Virus record (IMG/VR): IMGVR_UViG_3300029914_000004
Length of the DNA: 64,000 nucleotides
Reading direction: 5' to 3' (one strand)
From: a virus
Lineage: Duplodnaviria > Heunggongvirae > Uroviricota > Caudoviricetes
Part shown: positions 9,897 to 21,400 of the stretch, piece after piece
Position numbering within the stretch: position 1 is the first letter of the stretch
Layout of the letters: every line of letters starts with the position of its first letter
Program-made: the position numbers and the translations under genes
The notes under the pieces: model-generated
The model's database searches: none
Told to the model about the DNA's origin: nothing
Seen by the model: only the letters and a program-made list of their open reading frames with translations

Positions 9897-11906
9897 ATGA
9901 ATATTCAAGGACTTGTGAGCCAATTGAATGAGCAACTTCAGACTGCGCAGAAAGATTATTATGTTGGCACTCCATCAATTTCTGATGCTGAATATGATGC
10001 ATTGGAAGTGCAGTTGATTGCTCTCGTTGAAACGAATCCTCAGTTTGCTTCGATTGCAACCGTGTTAAATTCTGTTGGCGATTCAAAAAACTCAGAAACT
10101 CGAATCCTTCACGACCGACCAATGCTTTCAATCGAAAATTATTATACTTCAGAAAGTTTTTGTGAAGCTGCCAAAAACTATGGTTATTTTCTTTTGGAAG
10201 AGCCAAAGCGAGATGGAATTTCTTGTGAATTGAAGTATGAAAATGGCAAGCTTTATCAAGCTGTCACTCGCGGCGATGGCGAAGCGGGCGAAGATATGAC
10301 TGCTCAAGTTAAGCATTGCAAAGCAATTCCTCAAACAATTTCAGTAAAATATAATGTTCGTGTTCGCGGAGAATTGGTTATGCGTAATTCAGAATTAGCG
10401 CGAATTAATTCTCTTGGTGGAAAAATTCATTCCAACACAAGGAATTTGACAGCCGGTACGATGAAACAAAAAGATTTGAGTGTTGTTGATTCTCGTGAAA
10501 TTATTTTGGTTCCATGGGATTTGTATTCTCCCACTGAAGATGCAAAACTTCCTGATAGTGCATATGATCGCATGAAGTTGACTGAATCTTTTGGATTCCC
10601 AAAGTATGAAGGTGTTCGCATTCCCAGCGCAGAGATTCATTCAACACTAGTATCTTTGCTGGCTACACTAAAGAATTCAGATATTACTGCTGATGGAGTT
10701 GTGATTAAAGTTGATAGTCACAAGCTTCGCAATAAGCTTGGTGTTGGAAACAAGTATACAAAGTATCAGCATTGCTTTAAGCCGCAGAATCTTGCTGCTG
10801 AAACAACATTGCTTTCAATCGAATATGGTCTTGGTCGCACTGGAAAGATTACGCCAGTTGCAATTCTCGCTCCTGTAAATCTTGGCGGAGCAATGATTTC
10901 CCGCGCTACTCTTTGCAACGAAACATATATGGAAAATTTGGGAATTATGATTGGAGCGACTGTAAAAGTATTGCGCTCTGGAGATGTGATTCCATTTATT
11001 TGTGGTGTTGTGAATTCAAAGAATGCAAAGCCATATGTTTTCCCAACCACTTGCTTGTCTTGTGGAACAAAGTTGAAGACTGATTTGACTGCGAAGATTG
11101 TTCAGCGTTTTTGTGAAAATAGTGCTTGTCCTGGAAAAGCTGCGGAGCAGTTTGCATACATTTCTCATCGTGATACTTTAGAAATCGATTGTCTTGGCGA
11201 CAGTATGGCAATTGAACTTGTTGAGCATAAAATTGTTGATATTGCAAATTTATTTGAATTTGGTAATGATATTATTTCTAGTCAAAATAGAAACCACGGC
11301 TATCCTACAACAAATGATTTGGCAAATACATATGGTTTTCGCTCTGGTGTAAACATTCTCAAGATGGTAAAGAGTTTGGAAACAGCCAAAAAAGCAACTT
11401 GGGATCGCTGGTTTGCTTCTCTTGGAATCGAAAATATTGGTCATTCTCTTGGAAAAGATATTGCAATTGCATTAAATCTTACTTCAGAAGATATGAAGTC
11501 ATTGCCAAAATTGCTTCTCAACTTGCCTGCATTAAATTTAAATAAGTTGGGGCCAGTTAAGACTGGCGCTATTATTGATTGGGCCAAGAATGCAAGCAAT
11601 ATCACTCTTTGCAATCGTCTGTATAATGCTGGAGTTCGCCCAAGTGTAAAAAATGTTCCTGTAGTTGCTTCTGGCGCTAAGTTGTCTGGTATCAAATTTG
11701 TAGTAACAGGCACTCTTTCAATTGGAACTAGAAAAGAAATTTCTGCTCAGTTGGTTGCATTGGGTGCTGAAGAATTGAGCGCAGTATCTTCGTCTTGTAA
11801 TTTGCTTGTAGTAGGAGAAGATGCAGGAAGTAAATTAGAAAAAGCACAAAAGAAAGGAATTAAAATTGTTGATGAAAAATGGGTCAAGGAAGTTTTGGGA
11901 CTTTAA
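9897..11906 (+). CDS. ligA: NAD-dependent DNA ligase
   Basis: domain Ia YY..P.ISDAEYD, motif I EPKRDG, TRGDGEAGED, OB-fold GRTGKITP, Cys4 Zn finger, C-terminal BRCT. Confidence 0.95.
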   Translation: MNIQGLVSQLNEQLQTAQKDYYVGTPSISDAEYDALEVQLIALVETNPQFASIATVLNSVGDSKNSETRILHDRPMLSIENYYTSESFCEAAKNYGYFLLEEPKRDGISCELKYENGKLYQAVTRGDGEAGEDMTAQVKHCKAIPQTISVKYNVRVRGELVMRNSELARINSLGGKIHSNTRNLTAGTMKQKDLSVVDSREIILVPWDLYSPTEDAKLPDSAYDRMKLTESFGFPKYEGVRIPSAEIHSTLVSLLATLKNSDITADGVVIKVDSHKLRNKLGVGNKYTKYQHCFKPQNLAAETTLLSIEYGLGRTGKITPVAILAPVNLGGAMISRATLCNETYMENLGIMIGATVKVLRSGDVIPFICGVVNSKNAKPYVFPTTCLSCGTKLKTDLTAKIVQRFCENSACPGKAAEQFAYISHRDTLEIDCLGDSMAIELVEHKIVDIANLFEFGNDIISSQNRNHGYPTTNDLANTYGFRSGVNILKMVKSLETAKKATWDRWFASLGIENIGHSLGKDIAIALNLTSEDMKSLPKLLLNLPALNLNKLGPVKTGAIIDWAKNASNITLCNRLYNAGVRPSVKNVPVVASGAKLSGIKFVVTGTLSIGTRKEISAQLVALGAEELSAVSSSCNLLVVGEDAGSKLEKAQKKGIKIVDEKWVKEVLGL

Positions 11907-11922
11907 TTTGAAAGGAAATATA

Positions 11923-12180
11923 ATGGCGTATTAAAAAGCTTCAAAAACTGGTCCTATTGCTGGCACAGTAGTTTGTGCAACTGGAACTTTTGAAAACTGA
12001 TTGTGTGCTGAAGATATTAAATGTTGAATAGAAGATGAGGGAGCAATTTTATGTAAGTGTCGTTACAGATAAATGTACTTTATTGATCGCTAGAAAGCTG
12101 GCCAAACAACTGCAAAAAGCGATTGATAAGGGAATGAAAAATGGTATTGTGATTATATGGATAAGAAATATTCAGAGGTA
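11923..12180 (+). pseudogene. decayed stand-alone BRCT-domain gene
   Basis: broken frames give GPIAGTVVCATGTFEN*, IEDEGAI, VTDKCTLLIA, KAG, LQKAIDKGMK with several stops and frameshifts. Confidence 0.6.
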
Positions 12181-12187
12181 ATATAAT

Positions 12188-12451
12188 ATGAAGAAATATA
12201 TTTTTTTAGGATTACTTTTATTTACAGGTTGCGGCCATAACAAATTAATGAAGATGTATGGATATTTTTATATTCAACCGAATTATGGGACTTATGTTGT
12301 AATGTTATCAACTAGTGATGGATATGATAGTGATGGAGATGTTACTGTAACCAAAAATCTTTCTTTTGAAGAAGCAACAAATGTATGCAATAATTTAAAT
12401 AAAGACTTGTCTCAGAATATAAATGTTGGCCTTAAATATAAAGATAAATAA
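12188..12451 (+). CDS. putative lipoprotein
   Basis: lipobox LFTG-C after a hydrophobic leader. Confidence 0.6.
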   Translation: MKKYIFLGLLLFTGCGHNKLMKMYGYFYIQPNYGTYVVMLSTSDGYDSDGDVTVTKNLSFEEATNVCNNLNKDLSQNINVGLKYKDK

Positions 12452-12487
12452 CATCGTTACAAGAGTTAATATGAATGGAGAAAATTT

Positions 12488-13180
12488 ATGAAGAGATATT
12501 TTTATATTATTTTTATTCTAATTTTTTCTACTCACTATGCTTACGGAAGACCTGTGCATCATTCGCGTGGTCATTCTATAAATCATTTATTATTGCGTTC
12601 ATTCATTCATTCATTCTGGAACCCAATGTTTCCTCCAAGTCATGCATCATTGATTCGACAGAACAAAGAAATAGACAGGATTGGCCTTCATCGTATCAAG
12701 AATGATAAAGAACTTACAGAACTTGTCAATTCTGGCGCGTTGGTTCCTCTTCCTCTTAATTCACATTTGACTGTAGATCCTCGTCTTCCAGTAAATAGAC
12801 GATATTGCAGACCATGGACAGCAGAATTTCTTACTAATTTAAGTGATGATTTTTATGCCAAATTTGGTTCTCCAATTAGAGTAAATTCTGCTGTCAGAAC
12901 AGTAGAAGTACAAAAGAAGCTTTTAAAATATAACCCAAATGCTGCCCCAATTTCTGGAGATTCAGCATCTTCTCATTTGGCAGGACTCACTGTAGATTTG
13001 GAGCGTAAGAATTTAACTATAGAGCAAGTTAGATTTATTGAAGTTAAATTATTGCCATTGCAAAATCAAGGACTTATTGAAATTGAAGAAGAACATCGTG
13101 AATTATGTTTTCATATTATGGTATCAGGCCGGTATGGAGATTTTTCAGAATCAAATGAAAATTTTTATAATTTAAACTAA
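12488..13180 (+). CDS. DUF5715-like (peptidase M15-fold) secreted protein
   Basis: signal peptide; VNSAVRT...Q, SSHLAGLTVDL, EEEH...CFHIMV motifs. Confidence 0.7.
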   Translation: MKRYFYIIFILIFSTHYAYGRPVHHSRGHSINHLLLRSFIHSFWNPMFPPSHASLIRQNKEIDRIGLHRIKNDKELTELVNSGALVPLPLNSHLTVDPRLPVNRRYCRPWTAEFLTNLSDDFYAKFGSPIRVNSAVRTVEVQKKLLKYNPNAAPISGDSASSHLAGLTVDLERKNLTIEQVRFIEVKLLPLQNQGLIEIEEEHRELCFHIMVSGRYGDFSESNENFYNLN

Positions 13181-13196
13181 ATATTTAGAGGATTCA

Positions 13197-13712
13197 ATGA
13201 AAAAATTATTTATTGCCATTGCCTTGCTCAATCCAATAATTGGATTGAGCCAAAATTTATCTTTTCCAACTGATGAAGAAATATTAAATGTAATTTCAAA
13301 TGAAGAAACAAGTATTAATAATTATGAAACTTTTTTAAATACACATTCTTTATTAATTGATGCCAATGTAATAGATGAAAATAAAAAAGAAATAAAAGCT
13401 ATTCGTTATGAAATTTCATATTATAAAACCCATGGTGATAGTGCAATTTTATTAGTTTCATTACTATCTTCTATAGATGATTTAACATTATCATCTTCAA
13501 TAACTCGATCAGACATTATTACCAATGGAATAGGATATTTGGGGAAAGATAAAAATAAAGTATCAGAATGTATTGAAGCTGCCAATTTAATTTTAAAAGA
13601 TCAAAAACTATTACTTGACTCCTCAGTTGATTTATTACAACTGACTTTAAAATATGTTGCAGTTGAAGAACTTATAATAAGTAGCAAATCATCCATTAAA
13701 AATAATAGTTAA
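13197..13712 (+). CDS. secreted hypothetical protein
   Basis: signal-peptide-like N-terminus; GAGG RBS. Confidence 0.55.
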   Translation: MKKLFIAIALLNPIIGLSQNLSFPTDEEILNVISNEETSINNYETFLNTHSLLIDANVIDENKKEIKAIRYEISYYKTHGDSAILLVSLLSSIDDLTLSSSITRSDIITNGIGYLGKDKNKVSECIEAANLILKDQKLLLDSSVDLLQLTLKYVAVEELIISSKSSIKNNS

Positions 13713-13721
13713 AAGGATTAT

Positions 13722-14084
13722 ATGAATTTTTTACAAACAAATGGTGATGAGTGCAGTGTTACTGCATTGGATATTTTATCTGCTGCATTCTTTTTTAAAG
13801 GAATGGTTTTCGGGCAAATTGAACGAGATATTCCAGAAACATTCATTATTATGGCTGACGATCAAAATAATACATTTGAATTAATTACTACTGATAATTA
13901 TATTGCTTGCGTTCTATCTGAATTGGAAGAATCAATAAATGAAAAAGGTTGGAGGCCAATTGCAATCGAATTTTGTGAAGATGACGAAGATTTCACTATG
14001 ATTGATTTGCATTATTTTGGTGATCCTTCAGAAAAAGATATTGCATTGATTAATTCAATGTTTACAGAAGATAAGGAAAAATAA
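13722..14084 (+). CDS. acidic hypothetical protein
   Basis: ORF with AGGA RBS. Confidence 0.55.
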   Translation: MNFLQTNGDECSVTALDILSAAFFFKGMVFGQIERDIPETFIIMADDQNNTFELITTDNYIACVLSELEESINEKGWRPIAIEFCEDDEDFTMIDLHYFGDPSEKDIALINSMFTEDKEK

Positions 14085-14647
14085 TGAAAATATTTTCTAT
14101 TGGTACTCGCAGTATGCTTTTTGGGGCACACTGCTTCTTTTTACACCCGTGGTTTGTAGCATTTTCTTGGTATAAACTTTATGGTTTTCCATTTGATCCC
14201 AGATTGTGGGTTGCATTTTTCTTTCATGATTTCGGATATTTTGGAAAAACCAATATGGATGGTCCAGAAGGCGAGACTCATCCTGAATTTGGTGCAAATA
14301 TAATGACATTTTTATTTGGAGAAGAATGGGGAGATTTTACGAGATATCATTCTCGTTATTATGCCAAAAAGAATGGTAAGCCAGTTTCAAAATTATGTTT
14401 TGCAGATAAACTTTCATTTGTTTACACTCCAAGATGGCTTTATTTACTTATGGTTACTTTAACAGGAGAAATTTATGAATATTTGGAAAATGGAAAATCT
14501 GCTGATAATGATCATTGGAAGCCAACAGGAGATGATGCGAAAGTGTGGCATTCTCAATTAAAATCTTATTTTATAAAATGGGTTAATGAACACCGAGATG
14601 GGGTAGAGGATACTTGGACTGCTAAAAGACATTTAGGAAAAGAATAA
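14084..14647 (+). CDS. HD-superfamily-like protein
   Basis: H...HP, HDFGY, HPEFGA, YHSR, ADKL spacing. Confidence 0.55.
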   Translation: MKIFSIGTRSMLFGAHCFFLHPWFVAFSWYKLYGFPFDPRLWVAFFFHDFGYFGKTNMDGPEGETHPEFGANIMTFLFGEEWGDFTRYHSRYYAKKNGKPVSKLCFADKLSFVYTPRWLYLLMVTLTGEIYEYLENGKSADNDHWKPTGDDAKVWHSQLKSYFIKWVNEHRDGVEDTWTAKRHLGKE

Positions 14648-14898
14648 CAATGGTGAAAAACAACAAGTACTATTATTTTAAATGATGTATTGGCTGATGA
14701 CGCTTTTAAATTTGAGTGGACATATAGCAAATAATAAATATAGGATAAAATATGAGAACAGATCGAACCGATTTTAATGAATCCTGGTTAATGGAAATGC
14801 CAGAAAGTATTGGAACTTTTGAATTATATGATATGATTGAATATAATTATTATAAGGTTGAAAAAATCAGAATTTGCAGAATTTAGATATGTTTTATT

Positions 14899-15171
14899 AT
14901 GATACAAAAAATGGATGCCACACAATTCGATTGGATTATTTGGAGAAATGGTAACGTTTGGGATGATTTTCATATTCCTTGTAGAACGCTTGCGTTAATT
15001 GCAAATCGTGATATACTAAGAACATATGCAATTGGATGGTGCTACGGAGAAAATTTAATTTGCCGCCCAAAAGAAAATCATGTCGCAATAATGTTTTGCA
15101 AAAATGAAAAGCAATTTTGGTTTCATTTGAGACTAAATGAATTTGAAAAAATATTTCAGGAAGAGAAATAA
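14899..15171 (+). CDS. hypothetical protein
   Basis: 90-aa ORF abutting radical SAM gene. Confidence 0.55.
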   Translation: MIQKMDATQFDWIIWRNGNVWDDFHIPCRTLALIANRDILRTYAIGWCYGENLICRPKENHVAIMFCKNEKQFWFHLRLNEFEKIFQEEK

Positions 15172-15172
15172 A

Positions 15173-16132
15173 ATGATTGATGATTTAATAAATATAGGAT
15201 TCTATACACTTTCAGATAATCGCTGCTTAAACTCATCTTCAACTTCAGATTTGCAGAGATGTGAATTATTAGTCTCTTCAAGATGCAATTTCAAATGTAG
15301 TTATTGCAGAAATATCGGTGGGCCAGATATGCCTTATTCGCAGGCAGAAAATGTTGTACGTTTATGGGCCTCGCAAAGATTAAAAAATATAAGATTTAGT
15401 GGCGGAGAACCCACGCTGTATCCTGGCATTGTAAAGCTTGTATTGCTGGCAAAAGAACTTGGATGTGAGCACGTTGCAATTTCAACCAATGGTTCTGCAT
15501 CGAAAGATATGTACGATTCTTTGTTGCAAGCAGGATGCAATGATTTCAGCGTAAGTCTTGATGCTTGCTGTGCTGCTGACGGCGATGTTATGTCAGGCAC
15601 AAAAGGGCAATGGGATAAAATTGTTAGCAATATTAAGTATCTTTCGTCCAAGACATATGTGACTGTTGGATGTGTATTAACAGATGCTAATGCAGATAAA
15701 GTTAACGATATTATTACTTTTGCTGATTCTCTTGGAGTGTCAGATATTCGTATAATTCCCGCTGCCCAAGATGGAGACAGGTTGAAGAATGTTTTTGTGG
15801 CAACAGAATTACTTGATAAGTATCCAATTCTAAAATACAGAATTGAAAATCTTCAAGAAGGGAAACCAGTTCGTGGGTTGGGAAATGATGACACAGACAA
15901 GTGCGGGTTAGTATTGGATGATATGGCTGTTTGTGAAAACAAACATTATCCTTGCATAATTTATTTGCGAGAAGGCGGGCAAGCTGTTGGCTTTGTGAGT
16001 CCAAACATTCGTAAAGAAAGATTGGAATGGTATAAGAATCATAACACCAAGACTGATCCAATTTGTTCTAAGAATTGTTTGGATGTTTGTGTTAGCTTCA
16101 ATAATAAATTTCAGAAATATCATTCTAAGTAA
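15173..16132 (+). CDS. radical SAM enzyme
   Basis: CNFKCSYC cluster motif, SGGEPTL, STNG, SVSLD; Cys-rich C-terminus. Confidence 0.9.
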   Translation: MIDDLINIGFYTLSDNRCLNSSSTSDLQRCELLVSSRCNFKCSYCRNIGGPDMPYSQAENVVRLWASQRLKNIRFSGGEPTLYPGIVKLVLLAKELGCEHVAISTNGSASKDMYDSLLQAGCNDFSVSLDACCAADGDVMSGTKGQWDKIVSNIKYLSSKTYVTVGCVLTDANADKVNDIITFADSLGVSDIRIIPAAQDGDRLKNVFVATELLDKYPILKYRIENLQEGKPVRGLGNDDTDKCGLVLDDMAVCENKHYPCIIYLREGGQAVGFVSPNIRKERLEWYKNHNTKTDPICSKNCLDVCVSFNNKFQKYHSK

Positions 16133-16164
16133 TAAATGGGAATTACTCCCGTAATGTCGATGCA

Positions 16165-16455
16165 GTGACTACAGTGCTTGAAAGGAAGCAGCAAATGAAC
16201 GATGAGAAGTTCCCACTGAGAATCAGTAAATCGGTGGCTCCATTCGGCTATTCGATGCACGCAGATAGAACAGTTAACACCGACAGCAATGTGACTTATA
16301 GATGCACTGGAATGATTGTTACTATTGCTGAAGATAGACAAAGAGCAAAACGGGAATACTGCCCATTTCAAGTGTCTATCGACCCGCGAGACATGGCTGT
16401 AGACACTGCTTGCACCTTGTTCTCTCAGCATTGGGATCAGCAGGAACACGAATGA
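16165..16455 (+). CDS. hypothetical protein in a higher-GC patch
   Basis: ORF in visibly GC-richer DNA; start uncertain. Confidence 0.4.
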   Translation: MTTVLERKQQMNDEKFPLRISKSVAPFGYSMHADRTVNTDSNVTYRCTGMIVTIAEDRQRAKREYCPFQVSIDPRDMAVDTACTLFSQHWDQQEHE

Positions 16456-16681
16456 CGATCAGGCGAAAATTATTAAAATGACAAATGAAAAATTTGTAAA
16501 TCAATTTATCTAGACTGTTGTGAAATATATGGAGGATTGGTGTTATATCTCTCTCTCATAGAGACAGTATTTTTATGAACGAATATTACTGTCAAATCTT
16601 TGTGATAGAATAATCTTGGAAACAAGCATAAACTTATCTAAAAGAAGTAATGATATTTGAATTATCATCATAAATAGTAAT

Positions 16682-17251
16682 ATGAAACTAAATGAAATAA
16701 TTTTAAACGAGCATGTAGTAAATTTATATTCAAGCGAAGATAAAAATAAATATGTGTCTAAAGTTTGGGATATGCTACAATCAAGTTACGAAAAATCAGG
16801 AGGATTCAAATCAGCTTCATCCCCAGAAGAACTTATTAAAAAATCAGGCTTATGGAAATTAGTTACTCGTAATGGAAATATAACTGCTCTTAGAATATAT
16901 AAAAATCAATTTGGAAAAAAAGCAATTGCGGCTGGAACAAATGGAACTACTCAAGGCAAAATAGATTACATGTTTATCAATAAAGAAGATATATCATTAG
17001 GAAGAGCATGGGCAGAAGTTAGTGGAGCACCAGAACATATAATGAAACGATCTGGAGCAATTCCAATTCCAGCCAAATTTGCAGAATTTTTAACAAAGAA
17101 GCTAATATTAAAAATTAGTGATGATGGCTTTCATTATATTAGATTAATAAAAGGTGAGCCATTTGAAAAAATTATTTACGGAACTGCTTCATTGACTGAT
17201 TCTGAAAAGAAAGAAGCTGAAAAATTGGATATAGATTTCAAATTAATTTGA
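16682..17251 (+). CDS. late protein with MKLNE N-terminus
   Basis: TAAATA upstream; LxE motifs at N-terminus. Confidence 0.6.
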   Translation: MKLNEIILNEHVVNLYSSEDKNKYVSKVWDMLQSSYEKSGGFKSASSPEELIKKSGLWKLVTRNGNITALRIYKNQFGKKAIAAGTNGTTQGKIDYMFINKEDISLGRAWAEVSGAPEHIMKRSGAIPIPAKFAEFLTKKLILKISDDGFHYIRLIKGEPFEKIIYGTASLTDSEKKEAEKLDIDFKLI

Positions 17252-17294
17252 CTTTTCTATATTGGTGTTATAAAATAAGAGTAGAGGAAAAATA

Positions 17295-17861
17295 ATGTTT
17301 GTGATATATTTGCATGGTTTCGCTGGAATTGGAATGGGAGATAAAAGTCAAGCATTTGTAAATGCTTTTGGAAAAGAGCATGTTTCTTCTCCAGATTTGC
17401 CAGTTAATCCCATTGAAGTTGAAAAAATTATTAATAATATAGTTAGAAAAAATGAAGATTATCCATTAATTTTTGTCGGAACAAGTCTGGGTGGATTTTG
17501 GGCAAATTACTTTTCTCAAAAATGGGACACTCTATGTGTAATTGTGAATCCAGCAACCAGACCAAGCAAATCTTTAAAAAAATATTTAGGAAAAACTATT
17601 AGCAAATATACCAAAAAAGAAATTATTGTAACTGAAGAAGATTTATTGGAATATGCAAAAATAGAAAAATATTTGTCAGAAAATACAAACGAAAATAATA
17701 TTAGTATGTTCATTGCCAATGATGATAGTATAATTTCGCCAGAAGAAACATTAAAAAATTTGCCAAACACATCATATGTCGAATTAAAGAATGACGGCGG
17801 CCATAGATTTGAAAAATATTGGAATGAAGTAACTGCAAGAATTCAAGAATTACTTAAATAA
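17295..17861 (+). CDS. YqiA/YcfP-family alpha/beta hydrolase (esterase)
   Basis: YLHGF, GTSLGG nucleophile elbow, NPA, DGGHRF. Confidence 0.85.
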   Translation: MFVIYLHGFAGIGMGDKSQAFVNAFGKEHVSSPDLPVNPIEVEKIINNIVRKNEDYPLIFVGTSLGGFWANYFSQKWDTLCVIVNPATRPSKSLKKYLGKTISKYTKKEIIVTEEDLLEYAKIEKYLSENTNENNISMFIANDDSIISPEETLKNLPNTSYVELKNDGGHRFEKYWNEVTARIQELLK

Positions 17862-17933
17862 GTTTTAGGAGAAGCAAATGAGTGTTTTTAAAAATATAAG
17901 TGCTAAATTAGAATCTAATGAACAATTTTTTCG

Positions 17934-18419
17934 TTGTATGTTAAGGAAAATTTGGATTTAAATAGGATAGAGATTCGATTATTAAAATATCCATTTACTG
18001 ATACAACTAATAATATTTGGGATTATTTAAATTTAATTAACATTGAAACTATTATACCAAATTCAGATGAATTAGAAAAATCTGGAAATTTTATAACTGT
18101 TTACCAAATAGAACGAATTTTGTTCAAAGCCATAAATCAAATTTTTACTAATACGCATCGTGGTTTTGGTAATATTATTTTATGTGGGAAAGAATTTAAA
18201 GAAGCAATCAATAATGTAAATATTAATAATTTTAGAAAAAATTTAGATATTAAAATCATTGAATCTTCAGAAATTCCATCTAAAGAAGCAATTATAACTC
18301 GTGTTGGTTGCAGCAATAGTGATTTTCCATTTTTCTATTATGAAAATGGTGATGGTAATATTGAATATAAAAACCATCCATATTTTCAGAAATATGTTGT
18401 TCGTTTGAAACTGTTGTAA
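17934..18419 (+). CDS. hypothetical protein
   Basis: 161-aa ORF. Confidence 0.5.
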   Translation: MYVKENLDLNRIEIRLLKYPFTDTTNNIWDYLNLINIETIIPNSDELEKSGNFITVYQIERILFKAINQIFTNTHRGFGNIILCGKEFKEAINNVNINNFRKNLDIKIIESSEIPSKEAIITRVGCSNSDFPFFYYENGDGNIEYKNHPYFQKYVVRLKLL

Positions 18420-18475
18420 TATACTAAATACATACCTGCACCATAATAAAAATTAAAATATAGAGGAAATATAAA

Positions 18476-21400
18476 TTGAACGATTTTTTAGTTAACCCAC
18501 ACCCATCCCAAGTTACAGTATTTGAAGACAGCTTTTCTGAAGAAGTATGGTCAAATACATATAAAAATTATAAAGACAAAGATATTAATGATACTTTTAA
18601 TCGTGTTGCACAAGCAATTGCAAGCGTAGAAAAAACAGAAGATTTAAGAAAAGAATGGGCAGAAAAATTTTATGATATGATGTGTAATTTTTCTGTCGTT
18701 CCTGGTGGAAGAATTTTAGCAAATGCAGGTACAGAATTTCGTGGAACAAGTTTAATTAATTGTTTTGTTGGTCCAACTCCAAAATATGATTGCGATAGTT
18801 TATCTGGAATTTTAGAAGTTTTAAGAAGCCAATCAATTACTTTAAAGAGCGAAGGTGGGTGGGGAAAGAATTTTTCTTTTATCCGACCAAGAGGAACTTT
18901 TATTAAAGGAATTGGTGTTGAAACTCCTGGAGCAGTAAAGTTTATGGAACTATTTGACAAGAGTTCTGAAATTATTACAGCAGGTTCTGGAAAGAAAGCT
19001 TCAAATAAAAAAGCAAAAGGAAAAATAAGAAAAGGGGCGATGATGGGAATTTTGGATATTTCCCATCCTGACATTATTGAATTTATTACTATAAAGCAAA
19101 CTTCCAATAGATTATCTAAATTTAATCTTAGTATAAACTGCTCTGATAAATTTATGGATAAAGTATTGTTAGTTAGTAAATTAAAAAAAGAAAGTGGTAG
19201 CCAGGAACAAATCGATGAAATAACATGGGATCTAATTTTTCCAGATACAACTTATGAAAAATATAAAGAAGAATGGTGCGGCGATATTCAAGATTGGCAA
19301 GAAAAAAATTATCCAGTAATTGTTTATCAAACAGTAAAAGTAGATTGGTTATGGAACCTTATTACTCAATCAACTTATTCAAGAAATGAACCTGGAATTT
19401 TATTTTTAGATCGTGCAAATAAATTTAATGAATTAAATTATGCTGAAAAAATATTTGCAAGTAACCCATGTGTTACTTTGGATTCATGGGTAACAACAAG
19501 TCGCGGAGCAAAACAAGTTAAAGAATTATTGGGAATTCCATTTACTGCTATTGTTGATGGTATTTGTTGGAATAGTTCTGAAAAGGGATTTTTTGTATCA
19601 GGAAATAAGCCTATTTTAAAAATAAGTACAATAAATGGCTATACCTTAAAAGTTACAGAAAATCATAAAATAAAAATTTTAAGAAATAATAAAATTGATT
19701 GGATTGCTGCTGGAAAATTATCTATTGGTGATCAAATTTTTATTAATAATCATTCGTCAGTAGATGTTAAAATATCTGAAAAAAATGATGCTATTGGATA
19801 TGCGTTAGGATTGCTGGTTGGGGACGGAAATATTAGTGGAAAAAATGCTCATTTATGTTCTTGGGGAAATACAGAAGGAGTTAAAAATGTTCGTAATAAA
19901 GTTATGCAAGAATTGCTTCAATATGCTTCTCCAGCAAAAACTTTTAAAGGATGGCATGAAGTAAAAGGAAGAAATGAATATCGAATTCAATTTAAGGATT
20001 TGCATTCTTATGCAATATCATATGGACTTACTTCATCAAATAAACATGTAAATAAAACAATTGAAGAAGATATTTATATCAGCAAAGGATTTATTCGTGG
20101 GATGTTTGATGCTTATGGGTCTGTTCAAGGAAATAGAGATACAGGTTTGAGTATTCGTCTAAGTCAAAGCAATTTAGAAGATTTGCAAGCAATTCAACGA
20201 ATGTTAGTTAGATGGGGAATTGTTTCTACCATATATGAAAACAAGAGAGATGAATGTTTGAAGGATATGCCTGATGGAAAAGGTGGAAAAAAAGAATATC
20301 TATGTAAAGCAAATCATGAATTGGTATTATCTAAAAGTAATATAGAAAAATATTTAAATATTATTGGATTTTATGATTCAGATAAAAAAGAAAAATGTGA
20401 AAGACTTTTAACTGAATATGTTTATGGATTACATAAAGAAACATATTTAGCAGAAATATCCTCAATTGAAAATTTTCCAAATGAAATTGTAGCGGATTGC
20501 GAAATCCCTGGAATTAATGCATTTGATTGTAATGGATTGGTAATTTCAAATTGCGGAGAGCAATTACTTTCAAATGAAAATATTTGTTGTTTGGGATCTT
20601 TAAATCTAACTCAATTTATTAATAAAAATAGAACTGGATTTGATTTACATAAATTAGCGAAATATACAAAATATTTAATAAGATTTTTGGATAATGTAAA
20701 TGATTATTCAGATGCTCCTCTTCCAGAATACATTAATTCAATGAGAAATAAACGAAGAATTGGCGCAGGATTAATGGGATGGGGAAGCGCATTATTTATT
20801 CTCAAAGTCAAATATGGTTCCAAAGAATCAACAAAGCTAAGAACTGAAATTTTAAAAACTTATACATTGGCTGGTGTTGAAGCGTCATTGGATTTAGCTG
20901 ATGAAAAAGGAATGTTTAATTTATGTGAGCCAGAAAAACATGCCTTTAGTCCATATTGGGATAATATTGATTTGCCAGAAAATCTTCGTAAAAGAATTCT
21001 CAAGAATGGTATTAGAAATTCTTCACTATTTAGTTGCCAACCAACAGGAAATGCTGGTGTAACAGCTCAGATTGTATCGGGTGGAATTGAGCCCGTATTT
21101 ATGTCTGAATATATTAGAACAGTTATCGTATCTTCAACGCCGGATCATATTAAAGATGTAACTCCAAATTGGAATCAAGGAGAATGGGCTGAGACTAATA
21201 TGTTTAAATTCTCCCAAGAAGGAGATGAGCAAATTTTACGCGGTGTGGATAGTAATGGAGTTGTATATAAAATCGATAAAAATAGAGGATTAACAAAAGA
21301 AGTTCTATGTCAGGATTATGGAGTTAGATATTTAACTAAATTTGGAGAGTGGAATCCTTCTGCTGATTGGGCAGCAACAACTACTTCTTTATCAGTCAAA

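Noticed and set aside
14751-14890. Short ORF MRTDRTDFNESWLMEMPE...
   Set aside because: Looks like the truncated start of a longer phage gene amid decayed sequence; not supportable as a functional CDS.
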